DNA of 63,973 bases, the filler included, from Folioceros fuciformis (taxonomy: Eukaryota): the NCBI GenBank assembly GCA_049999805.1. It is 8 parts of 8 records of this genome, joined end to end, with 100 filler letters (N's around TTAATTAATTAA, not from the genome) between each part and the next. Parts side by side here need not be neighbours in the genome. Positions count along the whole stretch, not along the records: positions 1 to 15,994 come from JBNGIO010002942.1; 7 more parts are not named here. One strand, given 5' to 3'. The stretch's first letter is position 1. The number at the start of each line of letters is the position of its first letter. The translations under genes and the position numbers were made by a program. This document shows positions 1 to 11,845 of the stretch, piece by piece. Under the pieces are notes generated by a model. That model saw only the letters and a list, made by a program, of their open reading frames with translations. It had not been told where the DNA came from and searched no databases.

Positions 1-1084
1 TCTCCTGTGCAGGCTACGAAGGTCTAGCCCCGGGCTGAGCACGCATCACAAAGCCTTGCAGCGACGTCCTCGATCAATTGATGCACCGTCTAGGTTGAGA
101 AAACGATCAATTTTGTTTGTAAGTGCATCTAGTTGAGATTGGATTGTGCATATGCTGCAAAGTATCTGCATTGTCCGATTCCAGGGGAGATCTTCGCTCC
201 TGGTAATGTCTTGCTGCAGGAGTTCTCCGAGATTGTAAAAGTCGGTGGATGGAGGATCGTGTTCAGCATGGAAATTTGAGTCCTGAAAATTAACTCTACT
301 CCTTCCTTGGCTTCGTTGATGCAGACAACGGGAGGAAACCAAGCTACTTCTTTGCAGGATAGGAGGAGAAGGAGGCCTTGGGAATCTGAAACGAAATTAA
401 GGCCAATCTAGTCAATAGGGATTCTGAGGTTTCTTAGCCACTAGGGATTGAATATATATGTTAGTGGCAGAGTCTAAATAGTTCCCTATTCTAGATCTCT
501 TGTGCCTGTTTCTTCAAGGCATCTTGGATAAATGCTTGTGGTACTTGCATAGTTATGCCTAGCAGAGCAGAGGAAACTGTGATATATACTGACTTAGACA
601 TATGAGGCAAGTGGCAAGGATATGTTGGGCACACGATCCAAAAGCCATTGAACAAAATGGCTGTTGAATTCTGTGCCTAGTTGTATTTCTCACCACACTC
701 TAAATATGTCTAGGACAGCAACATAATTGTTTTTGTAATTGAAAAAACTATTGAGTGATGCAAACAGGGGAATACATGTGATCTAATATGTCTGGCATAT
801 TTAGAACATATGCATTGACTTTCTGCACTAGTATGTAGTAGTTTCTTCCATAAAATAAATGCCCAAAGATGGTTTAGAGATGCTGCTCTGATACCATGTG
901 AAGAGAGCAAGTTGCTAGGCATAGTAGACAGAATATATGAGCACAAGCAGAAAAGGAAGTAATACACACATGAGAAAGTATGTCTTATATACAAGCCTAA
1001 GTGTCCTTTCGATATTAACCCTAAACTAAAGCTAACCATAATTGCTGATTATATAAACATAACCCTACGGGAATTATCTTAACA
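1..1084 (-). mobile_element. 5' end of a Ty1/copia-type LTR element (LTR 897-1084, PBS 885-896, long leader), abutting the integrase of the next element
   Basis: GCTCTGATACCA at 885-896 is the reverse complement of the Met-tRNAi PBS TGGTATCAGAGC. It directly abuts a TG...AACA-bounded 188-bp segment. Copia integrase C-terminal sequence starts immediately after 1084. Confidence 0.75.
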
Positions 1085-4000
1085 GGTTTTATCCAGTTTT
1101 CACGGGAACGTCTCTCCTGTGTAGTCTCTCTTGTAAGCCTTTGAGACTTCTGAATAACCAAGGAAAAGCAGGGGTCTAGCCCTATTATCTAACTTGCACC
1201 TCTTCTATTTAGGGACATAAGCATATGTTGTGGAGCCAAACACCCGCAAGTGCAACGAGCTTGGCTTCTTCCCCCAGAACACCTCATACAGAGTTTTTCC
1301 ATGTACTGCATTAGTCAACACTCTATTAAGTATGTAAGTAGCAGTTGAAATAGCTTCTGCCTAGTAGTGTTTGGGCAAACCTGCCCATCCAAGCATACTT
1401 CTAGTCATACCCATCAAGGTATGGTTTTTACGCTCAGCAACACCGTTTTGTTGTTGAGTACATGGAATGGCTAATTGACGGATGATCCCATGCTTTGAAA
1501 AAAGCTCATCATATCAATGTCCAATGAACTCCCCACCGTTGTCAATGCGAAAACACTTCACAAAATTGCTCGTTTGTTTCTGTACCATAGGAATCCAGGC
1601 TGCTATACACTCAAAAGCATCACTTTTGAGGTGAAGTGGAAACACCCAAGTGTAGCGTGAGTAATCATAAGTTAAAGTGAGGTAATACTCTGCTCCACCC
1701 AGTGATTTAACCTGCAACTTGCCGGCTATATCTGCATGTATAAGTTCCAGCACTGCATGAGCCCTCTAAGGCTGCTTGTTTTCGAAGGGAAGCTCCTTCT
1801 GCTTCGAGAAAACACAAGATTGGCACAGAGGCAGCTGCTTGAAACAGGAAGGCAGTTTCTCCCGATAACAATTCAGTGAAGACATGAGATTCCATTTTTC
1901 CCTGTTTTTATGTCCAAGTCTAGCATGCCAAGACTTGCTTCTGAGGTAGTTAAGGTAACAAAGGCCTCTGCATTAGCGGACAAACAAAGTTGATATAGTT
2001 CATTTACCAACTGACCTTTTGCTACGTGCTTTCCAGGTCTGGACAGGTCATACAGGCTACAGCTACCCTGCTCAAAGGAAAAGCCATACCTTCCCGACTG
2101 AGTGGTTGCCCTAAATGACAAGAGACTCTTTGACATGGTAGGAACATAAAGGACATCCTCCAACAGGACCTCTGACCCGTCAGTCAAGGTAAGGGTAACA
2201 GTACCCACTCCTCGTACGTCTATGCCTCTAGAATCCCCCACATACACTGACTGAACTGAGACATCAGTTTTGAGTGTGGAGAATAGATTTTTTTTATTGC
2301 AGACATGAGACGTAGCACTAGAATCTATGAACCAAGAGTTTGATGGAATAGCAGATGAGGACAAGCAGACTGTTACTGTTAAGATAGTCGAACTGCTTTT
2401 GTGGAGAGAAGATCCCTTGTCCTTGGCGGCCACATGTGCTTCGGAACGAGGATCCTTCTTGGGTTCTCCAGCCTTTTTCTTTCAGCAGTCCCTCTCCCAA
2501 TGTCCAGCAATTTGGCACCAATTATAGGTACCTTGCCATTTGATGGAGGGAGAAAGTTGGAGCCACCAGAACTACTAGATTGCTGGTAAGTCTTCTTCTC
2601 TTTCCCCCTTCCCTTCACAAACGGCTTGCCCTTAGCTGCAAAAAGAACCTTCTCTTACTCTTGAGCCCTGACCTGGCTTGTGTCTGCTGGCCTCCTCTTG
2701 CAGGAGAGCCCTAACCACATTATTCAAGTTCAAAGTATAAGGTTGATTCACAGCAGAGGCAACATAAGCTGTAGAGAGTCGAATTCTGTCCAGAGATAAA
2801 CGTTTGATAGGAGGAGGGCAAGGCACTAAACAACTGGGCAACCATTTCAACCTCAGTAATCTTGGCACCTAGAGCAGCCAACTGTGCTCGCAACAGCCTC
2901 AACTTGGTAATTCCTGGTCCCATAGGGTCTCCTTCCCTTATCCTAAACAAGTGAAAGTCACTTCACAGATTCATATAAGGTACAAACATTTTGTACCTTA
3001 TACGTATATCTAAGCTGAGTCCAGACTTCATGTGCTGTGTCTAGAAACTCAACCTCAATAACAGTCACGGCATCCAACCCAGACAATAAAATGGCAAAGG
3101 CTACTTTGTTGCCTTTGTCCCATTTTGTCTTCTCATCTGCTGTTGGTTGATGTGCAGCTGTGGATGGGACCAAGTAAGGGTTTACAATGCTCCCATCGAC
3201 ATACTCCCAAACATCCCTCGCATTCAACGTTGCTTGCATTCGAGCCCTCCAACTCTCATAGTTTACAGGTTTGCCATCAAACTGATTCTTCTCCTTAAAT
3301 TCACCCGAATAAGTACTAGCTTGAGCAGGAGTACCCATGTTGAAAGGAGGTAGGGCTGTATATGGGAGAGAGGAGAAAGCAGGGAACTGTGATTGCAAGG
3401 ATTGAAGGAAGGAGGCTTCTATGGCTAGATCCTCATCTACGACATTATCTGTGTCCCCAAACAACCACTCAAGGTCATAAGACATAAAGAGAAACAAAAC
3501 AACATCTACTGTAAGGAAACAATGTTTTTAATATTTTAAGATGTTGTTTTTAGGGTTAGATATAAAAACCCACTAACTCAACTGAAACGTTGCAGATGAA
3601 CATGAATCAACGACAGGTGGCAGAGTTCATCAACCGTCACCCTAGGCCAAGTCGCCGATTGGAGTCTGCTGAGTGCCCCTAGCACTGCACCTGCGCCAAC
3701 TTGCGAGATCCTCCTTTTGTCAAAGCTGGGATCTCGAGTTGAGTTGCGCCCCTACAGATCTGGTCGCCCACACTGCAGCACCATGGAAGAATCCTCGCGT
3801 GAAGGCACCAAGGTCAGCAGATAGGTGGCAACAAGAGGTGCGCGAGCAGACTCAGATCCAGATTCAGCGCGCTCCAATCTCAAGGTGAGAGCAGTTAGTG
3901 AACTCTGCACATTTTGAAGCAATTCATGCATAACCAGTACACGTTCTCCCTGGTTTATTAGCAAGCTGCATCCGATGCAATCTCCTAAAAGAGGGATCTC

Positions 4001-4691
4001 CTCAGCGCTGGGAACTCTCTTGTGTAAAGCCTCCCGCCTGGAGTCAGGAAAAAATCCACCGGTTTTGAACCTGTCTCTGAGATCCGTTCTTGAGTCTGGA
4101 AATTGAGTACTACTCGGAATTCTCCTGCAGATGTGACAGGAACGCGGAGATAAAGGTGGCTCCTCCAAGGTGAACTTGTGAGATCTCGCTGGGGAGGAGA
4201 CCACGTGATTGTGCCCACCTTGATGATCAGCTTGATGTAGGCAATTCCAGGGCTGCCTCCTCACAGATTGTGAGAAAGGATCATCCAGACATCGCCCGCG
4301 CCTCCGTGTCATCATGCAAGACCAATAGACTCCATTTCTTTTTATACCATTCACTGAAATTATCTAAACGTAGACAAAAAAAGTACTGCGCATCACAAAG
4401 TCGCACATTTCCAAAGAGGAAATTTGTGCACTAAGTGATAAAATAGAAACAGCCTATGCTAGCATTCTATATATTGGATCGATAGAGCTGGTGCTCTGAT
4501 ACCATGCTAATATATGCGGAAGCGTGCTCACAAAAGGAAGAAGAGCAATTAACTAGTTAAGGACCATGTGTCCTTAAATACAAAATGTTTGAGTGTCTTT
4601 GAGTTAACTCCCTATTTAAGACTCACATTTGCTAGGTGGAGTTCCAAGTTCTTCAACGATGACTTGTGATCAGCTAATCCTCTTCTAAACA
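1085..4691 (-). mobile_element. Degenerate Ty1/copia retrotransposon, 5' half: LTR 4505-4691, PBS 4493-4504, ~1.1-kb leader, gag, protease, integrase
   Basis: PBS (GCTCTGATACCA on +). gag N-terminus FDGKPVNYESWRARMQATLNARDVWEYVDG. Degenerate zinc knuckle (YNWCQIAGHWERDC), protease WFIDSSATSHVC, integrase LELIHADIAG / RIDNGGEF. Many stops and frameshifts. Confidence 0.92.
3752..4354 (-). CDS. Extra ORF in the copia 5' leader, upstream of gag (unknown function, short coiled-coil segment)
   Basis: 200-codon open frame between PBS and gag. Its segment VQSSLTALTLRLER resembles IQSQLDALTNKIDR in ORF 46-342, which lies in the leader of the neighbouring element. Confidence 0.4.
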   Translation of the reverse strand: MNGIKRNGVYWSCMMTRRRGRCLDDPFSQSVRRQPWNCLHQADHQGGHNHVVSSPARSHKFTLEEPPLSPRSCHICRRIPSSTQFPDSRTDLRDRFKTGGFFPDSRREALHKRVPSAEEIPLLGDCIGCSLLINQGERVLVMHELLQNVQSSLTALTLRLERAESGSESARAPLVATYLLTLVPSREDSSMVLQCGRPDL

Positions 4692-5829
4692 TTGAGGATA
4701 TCCAGCCCATCCTCGACCTCTTCTCCGACGCGATAGACTGGACTCCAAGGATTTGCACTAGGAACATCAACATCGGCAGAATCGTCGAGCCCAGCCTCAG
4801 CATTAACACCAAAAATCTGCAACAGGGAATTGTGGCCTGGTCTAGGCCTCAGGCGTGCATCTCCTGAAAGGCGCGTGTCTCGATAAGCAAGGGTGCATTC
4901 GTACGCCGCATGTGTGCTGAGCGCACAATGCTCGCGATCGTGCTGCGTTGCGTGCACGCCTTGAAGCATGGAGAGCGCAAGCGCCAGAGGCGGAGGAGCA
5001 TCTCTGCCTCGCCATAGTCGGGGAGCTATCAGGAGGGCACGCAAAATATGCGTGCACCCGACCCATGTGGTTTAGACCCGTGCTGGGCGCGGTTGGCCTA
5101 ACGGTCGCACCTACCTCCGGCTACCTACCAATCAGTGGACGGGGCGATTCAAGCCGGAATATGCCCAATTTGGGCTTTTCGGCTTATTTTCTGCCCTATT
5201 TATATTTATTATCCTATTTACATGCATATTTTTAGGTTATTTAATACCCGTTTTAGACATGTTTATATCTTTCCAGCTTTATTAGCCTATTTCCAATTGC
5301 TTATTTAGCATTTTAGTTTAGGATATTTTTTTCTCTTTCTATTTAAACATTTAAGTTAAGCTTAGGTTATCTAAATATGCTTAATTTTTAATTATTTTCT
5401 TAAGCAGATAACTTTTGATTTAGTGGGAGCCTACTTATGTTTTAGGCCTCATTTTAAGGCTAGTTTTCACCCCTACATTCATAGTGAGTGGGATTGATGA
5501 AATATATCTAGTTTAGGGCACTATTCATTAGGGCACCTTACTTAAACATTATTATATATTTAGGGCATTAAATAGTTACTTAATTAGTTGCTCTAGATAG
5601 TTAGTTGTTATATTAGTTGCAACTACCTAGTGGTTACAACAACTTATGGTTGTAACCACTTAGCCACCTAACCACTTAGCCTATGTAAAGGCTTGTACTC
5701 TTTACTTTCATAATTCCAATCATATTGTAGCACTTTTGCCTAAGAGCTATTGATTCTTATCATGTTCTGTAAACAAAAAGGGTGAGCTTAGAAGAGCATT
5801 GCCAACATTTGTTTGCTTTGAAAATCCTA

Positions 5830-6727
5830 ATGCAGTTAAGGGAGATGGACCTGGTAAGATACAGGAAAACAAGGAGTGGACATTTCAGGCTCAAGGTGAA
5901 AAAGTTTGAAGTTGGAGATTATGTATATTTGCATAGGAAGACTGACAACAATTGATACAAGTGCGAGTAGGATAATATTAAGGGTGAGAAGTGTGAAGTT
6001 GAATGGAATTCTGGAGTTGGAGGGAAAGGATGGTACAACTTGTTTGGAACACATGAAAAATTGTGCACCGTGTCATTTACCTCACTTGAATCCAATAATT
6101 GATGTGCAAGCTTTTGTGCCGAGAAAGGGATTTGCTTGTACAGTTTGTGGAGATTCTGGAGGTGATCATTGCATGTACCAGATGGGCAATGGTTTTGTCC
6201 AATGCGTGTAGCGGTTGACACATTGTGAGGTGCAGTATGTTCAACATGTATGTACGTTGATGAAAATTTTGTTTATTTGTCTTACCAACGAAAGATGGTC
6301 AATAGATTAAGGGGGGGGAATGAAGGTGTCGCAGCAAGGGAGAAGGAGTAGAGGACAGCTATTCCTTTCGTCGATCTCGTGTGTAACAAAACACCAAAGA
6401 GTTGCAGGATGACCAGTAGCCTTGGTATGCACGACGGAGAGGAAGCATCCAAGGGGAGGCATCCAAGAATTATGAGTGTGATCATTGTACTCACATCGAG
6501 GGAGGAGGAGTAGAGATAAGCTACTCCTTTCATCGAACTCGTGTGTAGTAAACCACCAAAGAGTGGCAGGATGACCTGGAGCCTTGGTGTGCACGACAGA
6601 GAGGAAGCACTCAAGGGGAGGCATCCAAGTGCATTGTTGACAAGAATATACGCGTATATCATATAGGGGCTAGCCACTCCAAATACACATGAATGCATGC
6701 TATATATATAATATATAAAAGTGTTCA
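5830..6727 (+). mobile_element. 3' end of a Ty3/gypsy element: integrase C-terminal tail with degenerate PHD finger, PPT 6309-6320, 3' LTR ~6321-6727
   Basis: Translations KFEVGDYVYL, IILRVRSVKLNGILELEGKDG, HMKNCAPCHLP, CTVCG and, after an internal deletion, VPDGQWFCP (PHD-type). Followed by AAGGGGGGGGAA and a TGAA...TTCA-bounded segment. Confidence 0.75.
6337..6629. repeat. Two diverged ~131-bp direct repeats (period 162 bp) inside the gypsy 3' LTR
   Basis: 6337-6467 and 6499-6629 align, and both end in AAGGGGAGGCATCCAAG. Confidence 0.9.
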
Positions 6728-6829
6728 AAGACGTCTAGGGTTCAGTTCAGATGTTGAGGAGCAAGACCTCTTGAAGCACGCCAATAGTCAAGTAAAATGT
6801 GACAAGGCTGACTATTTACCTATCCTTCT

Positions 6830-9800
6830 TGTAGGATTATTAAAGCCCAATGTGCTTAGACTAATGTGTTTAGTCTAAGATTAGTGTCTATTTGTTTAGA
6901 TTAGCTTAAGATAATCTTTAGGAAGCTTCCCTTCTTGCACAGCTTCTTGTGAGCTTCTTGTGAAGCTTCCTTGGGAACTCTTCTAGAGGGTATAAATACC
7001 CTCTTGAGCTCCCTTGCAAGATAAAGACCTTGCTTTCTCCTCTCCTCCTTCATCGTGTGGCTCCCCTAGTGATCCTTCAGCTGGTATCAGAGCAAAGGTT
7101 GTGTAGCAAGAGGGTGATGGCTGTACGTGCTGCGGATAAGATTCACAAAGGCATAACAAGGCTGTGAGGAAGGCATCAGAGTGAGGGCAGCATCCCGAGG
7201 GCCCGTGTGCAGCAACCTTGCTGCCCAGGGTACAAGGGGCTCCAGCTCTACCATGCTCAGACGCGGGCCGTAGTAGTGGCAGCGGTAGCGGCAGCGCGGG
7301 GCACCCCGCGCACCGTATGGAGTGCCCGACCTAGCATGGGGCACCCGCGCGCGCCACGCGGGGTGCCTGCCCTAGCGCGGGCATCCAGGAGGGCGCCGCT
7401 GCACCACCCCGCATCGTAGGGCACTCGCTCCTGCCAATGGTCTCACCATTGTAAATGTAGAAGGTAGCCTTCTAACAAAAGACGTGAACAGGAACAATAT
7501 GGAATCTTCGAAAGGTTCCAATGCCCTCATGATGAGAGGAAGGTCCACTTCAAAGGGGAAGTACAAGGAGTGAAGCCTTTCCCGAAGTAAATCTCGTAGC
7601 CGTAACAATGTTGAGTGTTACCATTGTCACAAAAAGGGTCACATCAGAAGGGACTGCGAGAAGTTCAAGAAGGACAAAGGAAAGGAGAAGAAGCAGAGCG
7701 ACAACAAGGCAAGGCCGAGTATCAAGCCTCACGAGGTGAATTTTGTTGATGATGGAGATGTTCTTATCTCTTCTTCCTTCGATTCTACACAATCGACAGC
7801 CGTGTATAGTCTCTAATTGGATAATTGACTCTGGAGCATCTTTCCATGTTACTCCGCATAGGGAGTGGTTTAGCACCTATGATGCTACTAGGAAAGGATG
7901 TGTTTGGCTTGGAAATAACTACGCATGCAAGATTGCAAGCGTTGGTGATGTGCAGCTGAAGTTTGACAACGGATCTTCATTCATATTGAAGGATGTTAGC
8001 CATGTTCCGAAGTTGACGAAAAGCATGATTAGCGTAGGGCAGTTGGATGACGCTGGCTACCACTGTTGGTTTGGGGATCATTCTTGGAAGATCTTCAAAG
8101 GTTCTCTTGTGTTAGCTCGTGGATTGAAGTGTGGCACTTTGTACTCACTTCATGTAACCATTGTCAAGGATCATGTGATTTGTGTAACGAAACAACCAAA
8201 TATTTCCTTGTGGCATTGTCGGTTAGGACATGTCTCAAAAAGGAATGAAGATCTTATCTCGTTTTGGTTACCTCCCTGCTTTTGCCTTCTCCGATTTCTC
8301 CATGGGTGAGCACTATTTGTATGGGAAACAGGCGAAGTCACCACATGGAGCAAGAGGTAAACACAAAAGTAAACCTCTTGAATTGGTTCACAGTGATGTT
8401 TGTGGACCTATGCCCACTACGTCACTAGGCGGTGCATCATATTTTGTCACTTTCATACATGATTTCTGACGCAAGGTGTGGGTTTATCCTTTGAGGAAAA
8501 AGGATGATGTTTTGACAATGTTTCAGAAATTCGTCACCCTTGTGGAGAATCAGTCTAGTCTTCGACTAAAGTGTCTAAGGATAGACAATGGTGGAGAGTA
8601 CGTTTCAAAGGCTTTCCAGTCATTCTGTGATTCCAATGGAATCAAGAGAGAATTGACTACCATGTATACTCCTCCCCAAAATGGTGTGGCTGAACGGATG
8701 AATAGGACCATCTAGAAGAGGATGCATAGTTTGTTGTCAAACTTTAGATTGCCTAACGGATTCTAGGCCGAAGCAGTGTCTACTGCGGTGCATCTTCTTA
8801 ACAGATCTCCTAATAAGGCTGTGGATGAGCAAGTTCCAGAGGAATTGTGGTCTGGAAAGAAGCCGTCTTACAAGCATCTACGAGTGTTTGGCTGCGAGGC
8901 ATACTACCATGTTCCAAAGGAGTTTCGAGACAAGTCGGCACCCAAGTCCAGAAAATGTATTTTTCTTGGCTATGGTAACTCTAGTGAGATGGGATACCGT
9001 TTATGGGATTCAGAAGCCAAGAAGGTTGTTTGCGGCAATGACATGTTCTTCAATGAGATCAAAATGCATAAGAAGCCTACTCCAACTGTGGAGCTGCGAC
9101 GGGTGGTCTTCCAAGAAGATGGACTTGATCGTCACGGACAGGTTGAACGTTGTGATGTGCAGGAACCCATTCCTCCACTTGTAGAAGAAGAGAGAGTGCA
9201 ACCAGCTCCGGTCAAGGCGCCTGTGCTTCGTAGGTCAGGAAGGATTTCATGTCCTCCTGACAGGTCTGTTGCATCTCTTGATTATGTCATGCTAACGGAT
9301 TGTGGGGAGCCCTCTTGTTACAAAGAGGCCATGTCAGTGACTGACAAGGACAAGTGGGAGAAGGCGATGCAGTCGCAGATGGATTCGCTCCACAAGAACC
9401 AAACTTGGGAGTTGGTTCAGTTGCCTAGGGGCAAGAAGGCGTTGCCATGCCAATGGGTGTATAAGATGAAGGACATACCCCATTATGGCAAACCCAAGTA
9501 CAAGGCACGATTGGTTGCTAAGGGTTTTAAGCAACAGCAAGGTATTGACTTTGATGAGATTTTCTCACCAGTTGTTAAAATGACCACCTTGCGATGTGTT
9601 CTTGGTCTGGTTGCGAGACACGACATGGAACTTGTCCAGATGGACGTGAAGTCGGCATTTTTGCATGGTGATCTTTAGGAAGAGATATACATGTAGCAAC
9701 TAGAGGGTTTCATTGAGAAAGGCAAAGAGAATCTGGTGTGCAGGTTAAAGAAGAGACTTTATGGTTTGAAGTAGGCACCTAGGGAGTGGTATTACAAGTT

Positions 9801-11170
9801 CCACTCATTTATGCTTTCTCAAGCCTACAAGCCTAGCGAGGAGGATCATTGCCTCTATACAAAGCAAGCTAAGGATGGAAGCTTGCTCATTCTGGTCCTA
9901 TAAATGGATGATATGCTAATTTTTGGGACTAGCAGTGATGAGATTTCAGCGTTAAAGTCAAAGTTGAATGCTCGCTTTGACATGACAGACTTGGGTGAGG
10001 CAAGCCATATTCTTGGCATGCATATTTGTCGAGATAGACAGAAGCATTTGCTTTACTTGTCTCAGACTAAATACATTAACAAGGTGCTTCAACGTTTCAA
10101 TATGGAGAAGGGGAAGGTATTGAGTACTCTGTTGCCTCCATATATGAAACTTTCGAGCAAGGATTGCCCTAGCTCTGTGGAGGACAAAGCTGAAATTGAG
10201 AAGGTTCCATACTCATCAGCTGTAGGGAGTTTGATGTATGCAATGATTGCTACACGTCCTGACATTGCCTTTGCAGTGGGAGTGGTTAGCAGGTTTATGT
10301 CAAACCCTGGTAGGAAGCATTGGGAGGCAATGAAAGGAGTTATGAGGTACTTAAATGGTACAAAAGCTTTGTGCATATGTTTTGGTAGTGAAGATGCATC
10401 TGTAGTGGGATATACGCAAGCCAATTATGCAGGGGATATGGACAAAAGGAGGTCCACATCAAGTTATGTCTTCATGTGCACTGGAGGGGCAGTCTCATGG
10501 CGATCTCATTTGCAATCGTGCATAACGCTATCTACCACAGAAGCCGAGTATGTTGCAGCGACTGAGGCGTGCAAGGAAGCCATGTGGCTTGCTCGATTAG
10601 TGGGAGATTTGGGGATCAAGGTTGAGCCGCCAGTGTTGCATTGTGATAGCTAGAGTGCTATCCAATTGGCGAAGAATCTAGTGTTTCATGCGAAGACCAA
10701 GCATGTGGAAGTGAAGTATCACTTCATTCGAGAGGTGTTGGAAGACAAGAGGGTACAGCTTATCAAAGTTCACATCAGTCAGAACCCTGCAGATGTTCTT
10801 ACCAAGGGGCTCTCTACGAAGCAATTCACACAAGCTTGGACACTCATGGGCATGACGTAGACCACTCTTCTATGAAGGTAACTTAGCCTTTAAGTGAGAG
10901 GTTGTAGGGTTATTAAAGCCCTATGTGCTTAGACTAATGTGTTTAGTCTAAGATTAGCGTCTAGTTAAGTATCATTAGTTTAGATTAGCTTAAGCTAATC
11001 TGTGGGAAGCTTCTTGCGCAGCTTCCTGTGCACTTCTTGTGAAGCTTTCTAGGGAGCTCTTCTAGAGGGTACAAATACCCCCTTGAGCTCCCTTGCTATT
11101 GAGACACTGAGAGTGTGACCTCTCTTTCTCCTCTCCTCCTTCACCATGTGGCTCCTCTAGCGATCCTTCA
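6830..11170 (+). mobile_element. Two-LTR Ty1/copia element (Tnt1/Tork-like), gag largely deleted, pol degenerate
   Basis: LTRs 6830-7079 and 10903-11170 (TGTAGG...CCTTCA), PBS TGGTATCAGAGC 7082-7093, PPT 10892-10901. Motifs: CYHCHKKGHIRRDC, WIIDSGASFH, LELVHSDVCGP, PQNGVAERMNRT, KARLVAKGF, QMDVKSAFLHG, KHVEVKYHFIRE. Confidence 0.95.
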
Positions 11171-11172
11171 AC

Positions 11173-11845
11173 ATGCGCCGCTAAAACTATGGTCTTTTAG
11201 TGATGAATGTTGATAGAAGGTTTGACATTGGACCTATGGACAATCATTTTGATGGAAGAGTATTCCACAATGTGTTCACCAGCTTTGTTGAGAAAACAAC
11301 AAACGACAATTTTTGGCTAGTGGTTATGCATGGTGTGGAAGATGCTCACACTATGAGAGACTCTATGAGGAAACTTTGTAAAGGGGGTGGCTTGGTCTCA
11401 TTTGTCTGGAGTAAGACAAACATGGCAAAATGACAGAGGAGGTTTTGAGAGTGTGGAATGTATAACAATTGGTTGGTGTGTAAAGGAAGGAAGTAGTAAA
11501 GAACACACCACAATGATGCCAGGTCCACTGCAGGGAACCTTTAATGGCGGAAGATCTATTATACCACACAATACTGCCGTCAAAAAACATGTCTACCTCT
11601 CCCACGATAAGCGTGTCGTCTGCCCATATCAGAGACCATTGGGGTTCATGGGGAGGATTGTGCGGAGCTTCAGCAGGGAGGGGGAGTGGGTTGTGGATGC
11701 ATGCTTAAGCAGCAAGACTACTTTGTCGACAGCATTGCTTAGTGGGCGACATTGTGTTGCAATAGAGGAGACAAGAGATGCACTACCTATATTCCTTAGC
11801 GAATCCATGGGTATGAAGTGTTGTCTGATGCGCATGAAGAGCTAA
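11173..11845 (+). pseudogene. Degenerate beta-class amino (N4-cytosine/N6-adenine) DNA methyltransferase-like domain (N6_N4_Mtase type)
   Basis: CPYQRP-LGFMGRIVRSFSREGEWVVDACLSSKTTLSTALLSGRHCVAIE matches the beta-class pattern HPTQKP..L..I...S.EG..VLDPF.GSGTT..AA...GR..IGIE. Upstream FVWSKTN...VECITIGW matches the IIWxK...E segment. One frameshift near 11430 and one stop. An acidic tail follows to ~12171. Confidence 0.72.

Noticed and set aside
5830-11845. PHD finger plus methyltransferase as one reader-writer gene, or as cargo of the gypsy element
   Set aside because: A PPT (6309-6320) and a TGAA...TTCA-bounded LTR (6321-6727) lie between them, so the gypsy appears to end before the methyltransferase.
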